Assembly (NCBI GenBank): GCA_013265495.1
Contig: MU062948.1
Location: 434,001 to 498,000 of the forward strand
Direction of reading: 5' to 3'
DNA from: Vicugna vicugna
Lineage: Eukaryota
DNA: 64,000 nt
This document shows, piece after piece, positions 1 to 12,515 of this stretch. The translations under genes were made by a program, and so were the position numbers. The notes under the pieces were generated by a model. The model was given only the letters and a program-made list of their open reading frames with translations. It was not told the origin of the DNA and did not search any database. How positions within the stretch are numbered: position 1 is the first letter of the stretch; every line of letters starts with the position of its first letter.

Positions 1-964
1 CAACACTGCCTGGGGCCAGGTGTTAAGTTGGCCTGATTCTCACTGGCAATTAAAGGAAGCCCATTTTCGCCATAAACCTAAGTCGGGCTCTCTGTCATTT
101 TGATCTCCATCTGTCAGACCCCTCTATTGTTTTGAATGGTTCAGAACTGGAGGGGAATCAATGAGGGTGGTGGTGGGTGTCGTTTAGAGGCCTGCTCTAA
201 CCTAAGCATGTTCCGCATCCAGTGATCAGTAAATGGGAGCTGCTGATCTACACCCAAAACAGACGCCTCTCACTTCTGGTGCTAACTCTGCCTCCTCAGT
301 GTTCTTTCTTGGGTATCCTCCTCAGCCCCCCAGCCCATGTTCCCCCCAAATCCCTCCAGGACTTTTCCTGGTGAAACGGCCGGAGCTCAGCCTTCAGGGA
401 CTCCCACCTTGCCCAGTACCTCCTTAAGCCCTGCCCCAGATGACTAAACTTCCTTTTCCTAGAAGCAAGACACATGTCCCCTTTGCTGGAGGCTTCTTAT
501 GGTGGATCCTCAGCTCCCTGATCTTAAATGTAGGATCTCTGATGCATAAATGAGGCACGCTGCTTGCTTTCCCCTGAATGTAAAACCATAGAGAGATAGA
601 ATGGCTGATTTTCAGAAACCAAGGGTCCCTCACTGCCCATCTCCGGTGTTTGCCCACTATGTAAAAAAGTGAGATCCAGCCAAAGCAGCCATCCTAATGG
701 TCAATCAATCAGCAGGAGAACTAGGGAACAGCGGGATTTAAACACACACGTGTAAGCTGCCCTCTCCCTGCTCCCCAAGACCTTGTACATCAAAATAGAC
801 AGGGAGGAAATGCGTTCCAACATTAACATTGGCTGAGGGGTTATGAGTGACTTTTACTTTCTTCTTAAGGCTTTCTGTGTTTTACACATTTTCCACAATG
901 ATGGTTTCATTTTAAAATGAAGAGAAAAAGTGATTACAAATAAAATGCACCTTAAAAATATACA

Positions 965-1194
965 CAGTTGACCCTTGAATAACAGGGGTTTGAACTGCGC
1001 AGGTCCACTTACACAGGGGCATTTTTCAACAGCAAATCCTGCAGTACTGCACGATCCCAGGCTGGCTGAATCCGAGGATGTGGAACTAGATATGGAGGAA
1101 CTGTGTGTACAGAGGGCCAACAGCGAATTATACTCAGATTTTCAACTGCGTGGAGGATGGGGCCCTAACCCTCACGATGTTCAAGGGTCAACTG
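965..1194 (+). mobile_element. MER8-type TcMar-Tigger MITE, full length
   Basis: Perfect 15-bp TIRs CAGTTGACCCTTGAA (965-979) / TTCAAGGGTCAACTG (1180-1194), TA on the right flank, 230 bp; internal sequence matches recalled MER8 consensus. Confidence 0.85.
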
Positions 1195-1424
1195 TACATG
1201 ATTTTACAAAATAATTCCTAGATTCTTTAATAATACCTATCAGGTACCTACCATGTACAAGGCACTGGACTATTTGCTATGAAGGGTGTACAGAGTATAA
1301 AACATGGTCCTTGTCCCAAAAGGGATGGGGCACCATGAGCAACTACCTGCTGCACTTGTAAGTTGCAGAGCTTGAGCTAGAGAGATTTATAAGAACACAG
1401 AGGTGACTGAAAGATACTTTCTGT

Positions 1425-2140
1425 TCAGTTCAATGAACTCCTACTGAGGAGCTATGTGCCAGACCCTGTTCTAGATGCCAGAGATACTAAGTCAAATAAG
1501 AAGCTATCTTTGTCCTCCTGTTGCTCAGTCTAAGGGGATGGGGTGGTAATTAACATGTAATATACAAAGTGCAGAGATAAAGGTAGGCAGGGGAAAATCC
1601 AGCTGCACAGAAGGTGGTGAGTTCTGAGAAGGCTTCCTGAAGGAGATGACACCTGAATAGAATTTAACAGGATGAGCAGTTTGCCCGATGAGAGGAATGG
1701 AGACAGATGGAGGAAGCTGTTTCAGGCAAAGGCTAGGAGGTGAGAAGGCCATGGGGTGAGCGGAGAACTAACTACAGCACTTTGATATTCCAGAGCCTTA
1801 AGAATGACGTGGGCATCAACAGGGAGGCAGGCATCAAGCTGTAAAGGACTCAGTGTGCACTGCCAAGATGCTTGGACTTGGTTTTGAAGGCAGAGGGGAA
1901 TTTAAGGAGTATGACATGGTCACAGTTGCATTTTAGTAGCTTTGTTGGGGATGGAACTTGTAGGGGTGGGACAAGACTGGAGGCAGGGAGGCCAATTAAG
2001 AGGAGTCCATCTCATTAGCTTAAATTAGAGATGATGGAGAAGATCTCAAAAGAGCAGTGAAAGCATGGTGAGAAAGAATCAGACTAGAGAATTACTTAGA
2101 AGATAAAATATGCTGGATTTGGTGACAGGCTAGAGCAGGG
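1425..2140 (-). mobile_element. L2 LINE 3' fragment
   Basis: Antisense L2 tail (ctatgtgccagaccctgttctagatg) followed by typical degenerate antisense L2 body. Confidence 0.7.
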
Positions 2141-2944
2141 GTCTCCAAAATTTGTTGTAAATGGCAGGCTTCCTCCCCAGAATAGAGGTTTAAAAAAATG
2201 CCAAAAGCTTGTTTGGTAAGTCTCCTTTGATGCTAGGCCCTAAATCAGTAATCCTGACCAACAGACCTGAGTAAAAAACTGCTGGGAAATGTTCCTCTCC
2301 TTCTGCTATTTGCTGCCATGTCCACAATGTGATACCTGCAACTGTGGCAACCATCCTGCAAATATGAGGTGGGGGTGGTGAGGAAACCTCAGAATCAAGT
2401 CAATGCTCTGCAGATGATCGAATCAAAGGATGGAAATTACCTGCCTGGCTCCACAGGCCACTGAATTAATAAGCAACTCTAAATGCTTTTCTCTGGATTT
2501 CTAGATATGTGTGATAATGCACTCCTCTGGTTAAGTCTCTTTTAGTCAGGTATTCGCTTCTTGATGCCAACAGATGCAGTGAACGCAGAAGCAGGTTGTC
2601 TGAGTGGGAGGTGGTGTTCAGGTACAGATATGTTAAGTGTGAGTTATCCACCAGACCCCCAAAGTACAGTTGAGTGTGTTAGTCTGATAGGGGCTCTTAT
2701 GATAAGAGCTGAAAAACAGTCATTGGATTTGATAATTATGCAGTTATTAGCAGCTTTTGACAGGACTGCCTCGGGGAAGCGACGGAGGCAGAGGAGCCAG
2801 ACTGAAGTGGGTTCAGGAGTGAACTGGGAATGGGGAAGCGCAGATGGTAGATACGGACTAATATTCAAGACAGTTGGTGACTCAGAAGACGAAAGATGGG
2901 TGACAGCTAGAGGGGTTCACACGGGATCAAGATTTTTTTTCCCT

Positions 2945-3260
2945 TTTTAAAAAAATCTAGATGAAATTCACATGACATAAAGTTAACCATTTTTAAAGTG
3001 TACGGTTCAGTGGTATTTAGTACTTTCACACTACTGTGCAACCATCACCTCCTAGTTTCAAAACATCTGGACTGTTCCCACCTTTTGGCAATTGTGAATA
3101 GTGCTGCTATGAACATTTGTGTACAAGTGTTTCTTTAACTGGGAGGCTAAAAAGGACACAGGCAGAGACACACAGGATTTCAATTCTTTCAGGTATGTAT
3201 CTAAAAGTGGAGTCACTGGGTCATATGCTAATTCTATTTTTAACTTGTTGAGGAACCAGG
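2945..3260 (-). mobile_element. L1M (L1MB/MC-like) 3' end fragments
   Basis: gatgaaattcacatgacataaagttaaccatttttaaagtgtac... and ccaccttttggcaattgtgaatagtgctgctatgaacat are antisense L1 3' end motifs. Confidence 0.8.
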
Positions 3261-4659
3261 ATCAAGTACTTGTTTTTTGTTTTTGTTTTGTTTTTTTTTT
3301 AAGAATAATGGAAGAGACTTGAGCATGTTAATGGGCTGAGGGGGGATATCGCCTGGAGAGGAGGCTGAGGACATAAGAGAGGGGAGCTCATTTGTGGAGC
3401 AGGACGTTGGAGCAAGTGGGATGGGATTAAGCAGGAGCGCGGGCAGAGAGGTTGGACTCAGTGATGAGGAGCTGGGACGTTCATCCCCGGGAGACAGGAA
3501 GAGAGGTGAGGATGATGTGGAGATAGATGCCTTTAGAGGTGGGTGGCATCTGGGGGTCTCAGGTTTCCTCACCAAAGTGAGCGGGTGGAGGCTGAAATAG
3601 CCGGGGCTTTGGAGGCAGGCAGACATGGACTTGAACTTTCATCTCCTGCTCACCCTCTGCCAGCTGCCACTTGGTAGCCCTGAGCCTCAGGTTCCTCGCC
3701 TGAAAAATTGATAAAATACCCCTCCCACTGGGGATTCCATAAGAAACTGTGTCTATAGTGCCTGGAACGCTAGAGGTTCCATGCAGGGTGGCTCTCCCTG
3801 TGATTATCACCGGGGTGAAAACAATAGCAATTTGGAACAGACGTGGAGAAGGAGAGAAGATGGACTTGACAGTGGGTAAAGGGAAGCCTCCTTGAGCAGG
3901 CTTACCTGGGAGCCACCCTCGAGCTTACAACGTCCTTGTGAAGACAGCAAGTAAAACACGGAACTTCAACCGCAGCGGCTGTGGCTCCGCGTGCCGGGTC
4001 GTCGGAGGTGTCGCCCTTGTTGGCAAGGAGAGGACGGGAAGGCTGACGAAGAGAGGAGGCAGGCGGTCTTGACGGCCAGGCAGGGGGCTGGGAGTTCTTC
4101 TCTAAAGTGACGAAGGAATGAAGGTTCTCCCAGCACTGACACCACTTCTAATCCAGAGCGAACAGCAGTGAAGCGAAGGCACGTGAGGATGCTCAGGTTG
4201 GGCTCCTGTGTGTCTCTTTGCCTCTGTCCTTTTTGGCCTCCCTGGTGGTAACTCTGGTGTCTGCCACAGACAGAGGAAACCTTCCTGGAAGAACACATTC
4301 AGGGGATTGTCCAAGGGTTGACAGAGGTCATCTGATGAACCAGAAGAGAGACTGTGACAGCCTGGTCCCCAGCAGGTCTGGGCCTCGGTCTCCTCACCTG
4401 TACAGTGGCGGTCTTCTTCAGCTCCTGGTGACAGCTAAGATTCTGAAAAGATATGAGTGGCACTGGAGTCCACTGAGCACCCTCTCCCCCTGCGGCGCCC
4501 TCCCTCCGCCCTGTAGCCCCTGCCTCCACCCGGCTCCTCTCCGAGCCCCACTTCCCCTCCACCTGATCCAGCTTCCTCAGCTGTCCTTTATCGACAATCC
4601 AAGATCCACCCACACTCCTCCTACTCCCCCATAGTCCTCACTGGAGAAAACACAGCCAT

Positions 4660-4950
4660 GACTATTGGTCTAATAGAAGCTTTATTGGTTCTTCTATGGG
4701 TAGTCCTTCTGGACTACTGGAGTCCTTCTGCAGACACGGCTTAAGGCCAAGGAGCACGTCTCCTGGTGGGAATGTTGGAGAGGAGCTGGGCGGGATGGGC
4801 TGGCCTACAACGTGTCCCCCTCTGCTTCTGTATCACTTCCTGACTCCAGCATAGAGGACAGCACAGAAACGGAGCAGGGACTCTCTTGTTTTCTTGGAGC
4901 TCAGCAACCTCTCGTCAGCACTGTTATCTAATGTGGTCCTCCCGACAGCT
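4660..4950 (-). other. Candidate terminal exon of a minus-strand transcript
   Basis: Acceptor cctacctttcag|AG at 4951/4950; AATAAA on minus strand at 4686-4681; repeat-free; one frame open for 39 codons to TGA at 4835-4833. Confidence 0.25.
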
Positions 4951-4974
4951 CTGAAAGGTAGGTCTGAGCAGCTG

Positions 4975-5230
4975 GGTGTGGCAGCATGGCGTAGCAGTTA
5001 AGCGTGCCAGCCCTGAGGACTCACAGCTGGGCAGGAAGCCCGGCCTTGTCCCTCGATCTTGGGCAAGTTTCCCATCCTCTCTGTGCCTCAGTTATCTCAT
5101 CTGTAAAAAGAGGGTGATGATGATGATAATGGGCACTTCACAGGGTTATTATAGTAAATGGGTCAGTATATGTGAAGTTCTTTCTAAGAACTAGAGGAGT
5201 GATTCATATTATCACTATCATTCTACTTGC
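4975..5230 (+). mobile_element. MIR SINE (one of ~30 MIR fragments in the window)
   Basis: MIR core: tcttgggcaagtttcccatcctctctgtgcctcagttatctcatctgtaaaa. Confidence 0.8.
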
Positions 5231-6039
5231 CAGAGAGTGTCCCAGTGGTCCTCCTGGCTGGGTGTCTGGTGAGAAGGCTGCAGACACACTCTGGGTGTCT
5301 GCTCAGCCCACCTGCTCCCAGCATTGCTTCCCTCACCCGTGGGGGTGGGGTGCACACCCAGCAGCCCTGCTGGATTGGTAGATTAAACCAGGGATCACTA
5401 CATGACCCAGGCTTGGCCAGTAAGACCTTGCCTTGGGAACTTGGTATTTTCTGAAATAGTCATTCTAGTCAGTCTGGGCAGGTTCTTGAATTAAGGGCTT
5501 GAGGGCTTGAGGCAGAAATGGATGCACAAGAACAGAGAGAGGAAAACAAAGCAAGTGCAGGGAGGAACATAAAGAGGATATCACATGGCAAGGGGGTGGG
5601 GTAGGGGAGGCACAAACAGAGAAAATGGTTACCCTGGCCCTGCCCTTCCTGGCGCCGAAGAGGATCCCAGGGTGGTGGGGAAGGGGGTGACTCTAGGGCC
5701 AGGGGCTTTTGCTTGACCCCACCCTCTTTCTCTTTGTTAACGATATAACCTTGGGCAAGTACCTTAATCTCTCTGTGCCTAGCTTCCTCGCTAGACAACA
5801 AAGTCCTACTTTTTGGTTGCTGTGTCTGCCGGTGTTGTTTTCTGACGCCCTGGAGTCGGCCTGGAGTTATATGAGTTATCATGGACATCCCAACTCTACC
5901 TCTCAGTAGCTTTAGGATTCGACATAGTTATTTAACTCCTTTAAACCTCACTTTTTCATCTGTAAAATGAAAATGTACCAACCTCATGGGGCTACTGTGT
6001 TGCAGATAAATGCTTAACCAGCTGTGGGGATAGAGGAAC

Positions 6040-6410
6040 TCCTGATTTGTAGCATTTGCTAATTTCCATGGTACAAATATTCCCATGGCATCTGATTTCA
6101 AGACACCAGTGTAACATCTTTGAATGTGGAACTGGAAAGAGATGTACTCTGTTATATAATATTTCCACTGTACAGATGCAACAGACATCATTTGAGCCTA
6201 GAGAATAGTTAAGGGTAGTGAAATAAGCAGGAACGGATGACTCTTCAGTTTGTAGTACATCTGTTGTTAATGTACATTTATTTAATTGTAGGTTAACATA
6301 ATTTAATCTTTAATAATTTTGCATTTAGTAATCCGATTGCAAAATTCTTGAAAATGTCACAGCTGGCCCTCGGGAGCCAGTCCGAGCCGCTCTCCCATGC
6401 TACTGAAGAG
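6040..6410 (-). mobile_element. MER63-type hAT-Blackjack DNA transposon
   Basis: ctgatttgtagcatttgctaatttccatggt ... ccgattgcaaaattcttgaaaatgtcacagctggccctcgggagccagtccgagccg matches recalled MER63 in reverse. Confidence 0.7.
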
Positions 6411-6979
6411 CTACAGCTTGGATGGGGCTTAGGAGGGAACTCAGCACACAGGAAGCCCTCAGCAAATGGTAGCTTCTTCCTATGTGATTCTTGTTATTTC
6501 TTTTATTACACAATTTAAGATTGTAGTGGGAAAATCAGGGAAAAACACATTCCAAAAGCACCTTTTATGAATTGAGGGTCACTTTGTTTGATGGACCAAC
6601 ATAGACTTGAGGTTTATGCAACATGATTTACTCATAAAATCACTGTGCTTGCCATAAATACAGAACTGACACCAAGAAAAGAATCTAAAAATGTTGGGTT
6701 GAAAAGCTGATGAAAATCCGAATCTATCGCAAGGTTGCATGTAAGACGGTTCCTCATTAGGGGCTGAAGAAGGAAGAGGAGGGGTGCGGGAGAGCAGTGC
6801 TGCATGCAGTTAGAAGCAGCAACTGGGAGCATTTACAGGGATGCAGACCGTAGAAACAGTATTATACTAAATAAATAAGAAACAAAGTGAAATCTGGAAG
6901 ACAGTAATACTATAATACACATGTACACTCATGTGCAAAGGAACATTCCATAATTTACAAAGATAACACGAATATGTGT

Positions 6980-7460
6980 ATCTGTTAAGGTTCAGGCAAG
7001 AAAAAGATGGGCATACACATATTGCATTACTGGAGATTTAACACAAGGGCTATTTACAAAGGCAGGGGCAGTGTTAGGACAAGCAACCCTCCGTGGTTAA
7101 GTGCCCAGGAGCTGGGAACAGCCACGTGAAGTCACCCTGCCTAGACCTGAGGGGGCCAAATGAGTTGTGAGAGCTTCCTGGAGAGGGTCACCCCACAGGA
7201 GCTGTGAAATGCAGCCAACACCTGCTCCCACCAAGGGACCCTGCCCCGTCCCTGGGAGGTAAAGCGAACGAATACCCCAGCTTGTCCTTCCTGCCACCTT
7301 CTGGCTCTCCTGACAGTGCTCTTCACTGCCCAAACCCAATGAGAAGAGAGGGCGAGCAAACTGTTGATGTGCACCCTACAGAGGAGCATCCAGAGATCTA
7401 GAGCTGGACCAGGAGAAATGGAGAGTGGATCTAGAGGTGCAAATAAAAGCCAACCATCGT
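6980..7460 (-). mobile_element. ERVL-class solo LTR remnant (subfamily uncertain)
   Basis: Antisense LTR-like organisation ending gagagtggatctagaggtgcaaat. Confidence 0.45.
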
Positions 7461-8433
7461 GACATCCCAGGATGTGAGTCAAACACTTTAGGATGGATGT
7501 GATCGGGGAGGGGAGAGGGAGTGGGGACTTGGAGTGTAAAGAAACATGCTAAGACAGAGGAGTTCTTGGTCCTGCTGTTGAGGGTAAGCATGTCTTGAAC
7601 GGAGGAGCATAATTAACTCGACACTCAGCGACCAAGGTATAAAAGAAAAGGCAGACCTGACATTTGCTGGAAAGGCAGCAACCACACTGAAGACGTCTTT
7701 GGAAAACTCCCCTTCCGCCTGGTACTGTTTGTATCGTAATGCAGGCCTTCCCCTGTAAGCGCAGGGCTGGAGACAGAACTGACTCCTTGTGTGAAAGAAT
7801 GAGCTGGTCACAGGAAGGGGCCCAGGGCGAGGGCTGTGTGATGGAAAACAAAACCAGAAATGTGTGTGGGGGGGCAGTCAAATGGGTCTCAGGAGGATTT
7901 TTAAAATCTGTGTTTATCAAGAAGAAGGAAGAGAAGACATGGAAGGCAGTTATGAAAGGATGATATTTCCCTTGTGAAAAAGAAAATGTAAATATGTGTA
8001 AAGGAAAATGTCTGGCTGACAATTCACCCAAATGTTGGGCAGGGATCCTGAGCAGCTTTTATTTTACTTGCTTTCCTAGGTTTTCTAATTTTTGTTAAGT
8101 AAACATGAATTATTACGTCATGAGAAAGAATTTAACAAGGTAGTAATACCTTTGCCTAACCTGACTAGCTGAGAAGAATTGGGAGTGATACTTGAAAATT
8201 GTGCAACATTTCCCCTCTCTGTTCACTTTCCCCTCCTTCCTGTGCCCCCAGGTTCTGTACGTGACTTCCCTGCTCAGGGGGACGGACTGGTTCAGTCATT
8301 TGCAGACCTGGGCTTGCTCAACAAGAGGGTTGTCAAAATGACTGAATTATAACCACTTCTTGGGAACATTCTCTACCTTCTACCAAGACGTTCAGTAGGG
8401 ATCAACAAGTAATCCTGCTTGGAATCTGGTACT

Positions 8434-8885
8434 TTTATTGGCTTCCTAGGGCTGCCTTCACACAGTACCACAAGCTGAGGGACTTACAACAACAAATATG
8501 TATTGTCTCACAGTTCTGGAGGCAAAAAAATCAGAAATCAAGGTGTTGGCAGTTCCTTTTGGGGGCCTGAAGGAGAATCTGTTCCATGCTTTTCTCCCAG
8601 GTTCTCGTGGCTGCCAGAATCCTTTGTATTCCTTGTTTGTAGCTGCACAACTTTAATCTCTCTGCCTCCATGTCCCACAGCCTTCTTCCCTGTGTCTATG
8701 TGTCTCTATGCCCCCTTCTCTTATAAGGACAACAGTCATTGGACTTAGGGCCCACCTTTATCCAATGTGACCTCATTTAACTTGCTTACACCTATGAAGA
8801 CCATATTCCCAAATAAAGACACTATTACAGGTAGTCAGGATTAGGACTTCAACATTTTGGCGGGACACCATTCAACCCAACCCCC
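8434..8885 (-). mobile_element. MLT1 (MaLR) solo LTR
   Basis: ttcctagggctgcc...tattgtctcacagttctggaggc...cttataaggacaacagtcattggacttagggcccacc...cattcaaccc. Confidence 0.85.
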
Positions 8886-8984
8886 AATAGTGCCATTTGC
8901 CAAGAACTTACAAACTGCCTTAACAAAGAAAATTCATACTTGGGAATTTTCCTGATGAAATAATCATGAATATTTAAAAACTCC

Positions 8985-9640
8985 TTATCGAAGTATAATA
9001 TAATACAGGGAAGTGCAGAAATCACGTGTTCAGCTCCGTGAATTGTCACAAAGTGACACACCCATCTAATCAGCACCTAGACCAGGAAGCAGAACATGAC
9101 CCCTCTGCAGAAGTCTCCCTCTTGTCCCCTCCTTTGTTCCTCACTTTGAACACCATAGGGGCAGTTTGCCTGTTTTTGAACTTAATACACGTGAAATAAT
9201 GCAGCCTACTTTTTTGTGTCTGGTTTCTTTCTGTCAACGTTATATTTGTGAGATTCATCCATGCCGTGTGTAGCAATAGTTTATTCAACTCTAATTGCTC
9301 TAAAAATTCTGTTCTATGACTGTTTCACAATTTACTGTTGGTGGGTATCTGGGCTGTTTCTGGTTTGCTTTTTGCTACTATAAACAGTGCCGCTGTTAAG
9401 ATTCTGGTACATGTCTTTTGTTGACTTATATACGTACCTCTGCTGACTATCTATGCAGGAGTAAAACTGCTGAATCACAGGGTGAGCGTACGCTCAGCTG
9501 TAGCAGGTAGTGCCAAAGACTTTCAGAGTAATTGTATAAATCGACACTTTCACCAGCAACGTATGAGCATTCCGGTTGCTCTATATGATCACCAACACAT
9601 GGTATTCTCTCTTTAATTTTAACCATTCTAAACTATTTAA
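8985..9640 (-). mobile_element. Old L1M (L1MC/ME-like) 3' region
   Basis: gtttctttctgtcaacgttatatttgtgagattcatccatgccgtgtgtagcaatagttt and related antisense L1 3' motifs. Confidence 0.75.
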
Positions 9641-10169
9641 AATAAACTATTTAATGCAGCATTGTTCATCAGAGCAAACAAAACAAAACCTGGAAGTGGC
9701 TGACATGAAAAGATGTTTTTAATATATTAAGTTAAAATGAAGTTATAAAACACTATGAACTCACTTAAAAAAAAAAAGAAAGAAATCCATGCATCTCTCT
9801 TCCTCATCTTCTATCTATGTACACTATGTATCCTTAGTATGATCTGATCCCTCTGCTCCAAATGCTTCTCACCCAGCTTTTCACAGATGCTCATTATCAT
9901 TCTTTGGTCTCATTATAATCACTCTGAGTCCTCACCAAGGCCCTCTCTGATCACCCATTATAAAATAAGTGCCCTCTGATCATCTCCTTTTAGAATCCAA
10001 TTTTTTTTTTTGCATCATGGTAATGAACAAGTTTCTAAATATACATAATGTTGCGTTGTTTGTCCTCTCCGTAAATGCAGGGACCACAGGTGCCAGACCC
10101 TGGATGTGGGGCTCTACTTATAGCACATATTCTGACCAGACATGCATAGGGCTCACATTCCACTAGGGA

Positions 10170-11450
10170 TGAGAGAGACAAACAACATGATTGCAGATGG
10201 TCATAAATCCTTCAAAGGAAACAAAATAAATGGCAACTGGGAGGAAGCCATGCTGAGGAAGGAGAGTTCAGACCTGAAAGAATGGTAAGAATTCAGTCCT
10301 GATAAGATGTGAGGAAAATTATTTCAATTGGAGAGAAAAGCAAGTGCAAAGGCCCTGGGGCAGTTTGGCTAGAGGGTAGTAAGGACATCAGGGTGAGGGC
10401 TGCAGATGACGTCAGAAAGGAAGGAGCGAGTGAGATCATGAAAAGTCTGGTAGGCTATGCTAAGGAGTTTGGATTTCACTGTAAAGTAATGGAAAGCCAG
10501 AGGAGGATTTTAAGCAGAAGATGACATGATTTAATTTACACCTTTTAAAAGATGCACCTGGCTGCTCCATGAGTTATTAGGGGGAAGAACAGAGGCAGGA
10601 GGTAGGAGCCTATTTCATTGGTCTCAGTGAGATACTGATGGCTGGGACCAGAGCAGTCACAGTGGAGATGAAGGGTGTTTGGATTCAAGACATAATTTGG
10701 AGGCTGTACCATCAGGACCTGTTGATAGATGGGGTGTGGTTTATGAGGAAATAGAGGAATCAATTTATGATCTGAGTTACTGGGTGAAGGATGGTGCCAC
10801 AAACTGAAGGGCAGGAATCAAGGAACAGGTTTTGGGGAGAAAATCAAGAGTTTTGTTTTAAGTGTACTAACTTTATGATGAACTTTAAGACGACTTTTAC
10901 ACATCCAAGTAGGGATATCAACAAGCTAAATGGATGCATGAGCCTGAGCTTGGGGGAGGGACTGGGGCTGAAAATAAGCACCTGGGAGTTACCAGTATAT
11001 GGATGATACGTCTAGTCGTAGGACCAGAAGAGAACCTAGGGAGAGAGTGTGGACAGGCAGAAGGGAGCCCCAGATGGAGACCAGGGTTCTTCAACATTTA
11101 CAAACTGATCAAAGGAAAAATGAGGTCTCAGCAAAGACTGGGAAGGGGCGTGGCTTTCTGTAAAAGAAAAACCCAAGAGGGTTGGTTCTATCAAAGCCCA
11201 GGAAGAAAGTGTTAGGGGAAGACAACAGCCAATTGTGTCAATTGCTTTAGAGAATTTGAGTTCAATGAGTATGAAGAACTGACCCTTGATTTTGGCAACC
11301 TGAGGTTACTGGTACCTTGATAAGAGTAGGGGTTTGTGCTTTAATTTTTTATTTTTTGTTTGGAGTCAGGGATGGCAATGATGTCTCAAGGGAATAGAAG
11401 CCTGCTGAGAGCGTGTGAGAGAGAGACAGAGTAAGGAGCAAAGTGACTAA
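10170..11450 (-). mobile_element. L2 LINE, long antisense fragment
   Basis: gtgcaaaggccctgggg..., ggagtttggatttcactgtaaagtaatggaaagcc..., gagttactgggtgaaggatggtgcc are L2 body motifs. Confidence 0.8.
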
Positions 11451-11867
11451 CCTCTTACAAGTGTGTGTATTACAATGCACACCACACTGTGGTGGCCGTG
11501 CCTGGCTTCCCTATTATTCAGGCAGCTCACTATGCCTTATTCACCTCTCTAGTTCCAGTGCTTAATTCAACACACCTGACACATTGTAGATACTACTTTG
11601 CTGAAATAGTGCTTTTAAATAAATACCTGAGTCCAACTCCCAGATCAGTCAAGGGCTGCATATATACAGCCTGGGCACCACACTTGAGCTCTTATCATTT
11701 CGTCTGTTAAATGGGAAAACTGCAAAGTGGGAAGAACAGTAACAGCCTCACAGGGTTATGGTGAAGATGGAATAAAATACCAAATGTGAAAATGTAGTGC
11801 TTTGGACACTGTGGCTGACTATACAAACGTGAGAGAGAACCTACCAGACTCCAGCTCTCTGAGGTAC

Positions 11868-11942
11868 CTGGCACATTGTTCCCTGAAATTGTACTTGCAA
11901 AATCCAGTCAAATTGGCTTCAATACAGACACTTTCTCATGAA
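11868..11942 (-). other. Candidate 75-nt non-coding exon
   Basis: Long pyrimidine tract ctctttgttctgtgtcttttggctgcctttcag, donor CAG|GTACCT; stops in all three frames. Confidence 0.2.
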
Positions 11943-12515
11943 CTGAAAGGCAGCCAAAAGACACAGAACAAAGAGCTGCAGTAATTGTTCGCATCGCACA
12001 TAACAGGGCCGCGTTTACCAGAGATGCTGGCTTTAGGGTCAACCTTCTCGAAGGAGGTCTTTCACGCATCGACTGGGCAGTTCTACCAGGCAGAATTTTA
12101 ACAGCATTTCCCGGGGAAACAAAATTGAAGGGATGTGCCAACACCTATTAGAACCACGGATTTACAAATGGACTTGAAGGGCTGAAGTCTGTTCATCTGA
12201 TTTCCCTTCCCAAGCCTAAGGGGAGGCTGCCCAGACACTGGTGGTTGTGAGGGAGGCATCAATCTCCCCCATTTCACCCTCATGTTCACCATCGCCATTA
12301 TCAGAGCAGCAGCAATTTATTGAATCCAGGTGTTCCCTCTGAGCTTGATGCTTTACAGATGTAATCTTGGTTGCTCTTCACCACTACCGCATGACAGAGG
12401 GTCAGTGGTCATTCCCACTTTACAAAAAAAGGAAACAGAGGCTCAGAAAAGTCTTGCCCATGTTCCCACAGCTAGGAAGCGGCAGAGTAGGGATTTAAAC
12501 TCAATCCTTTGTTAC

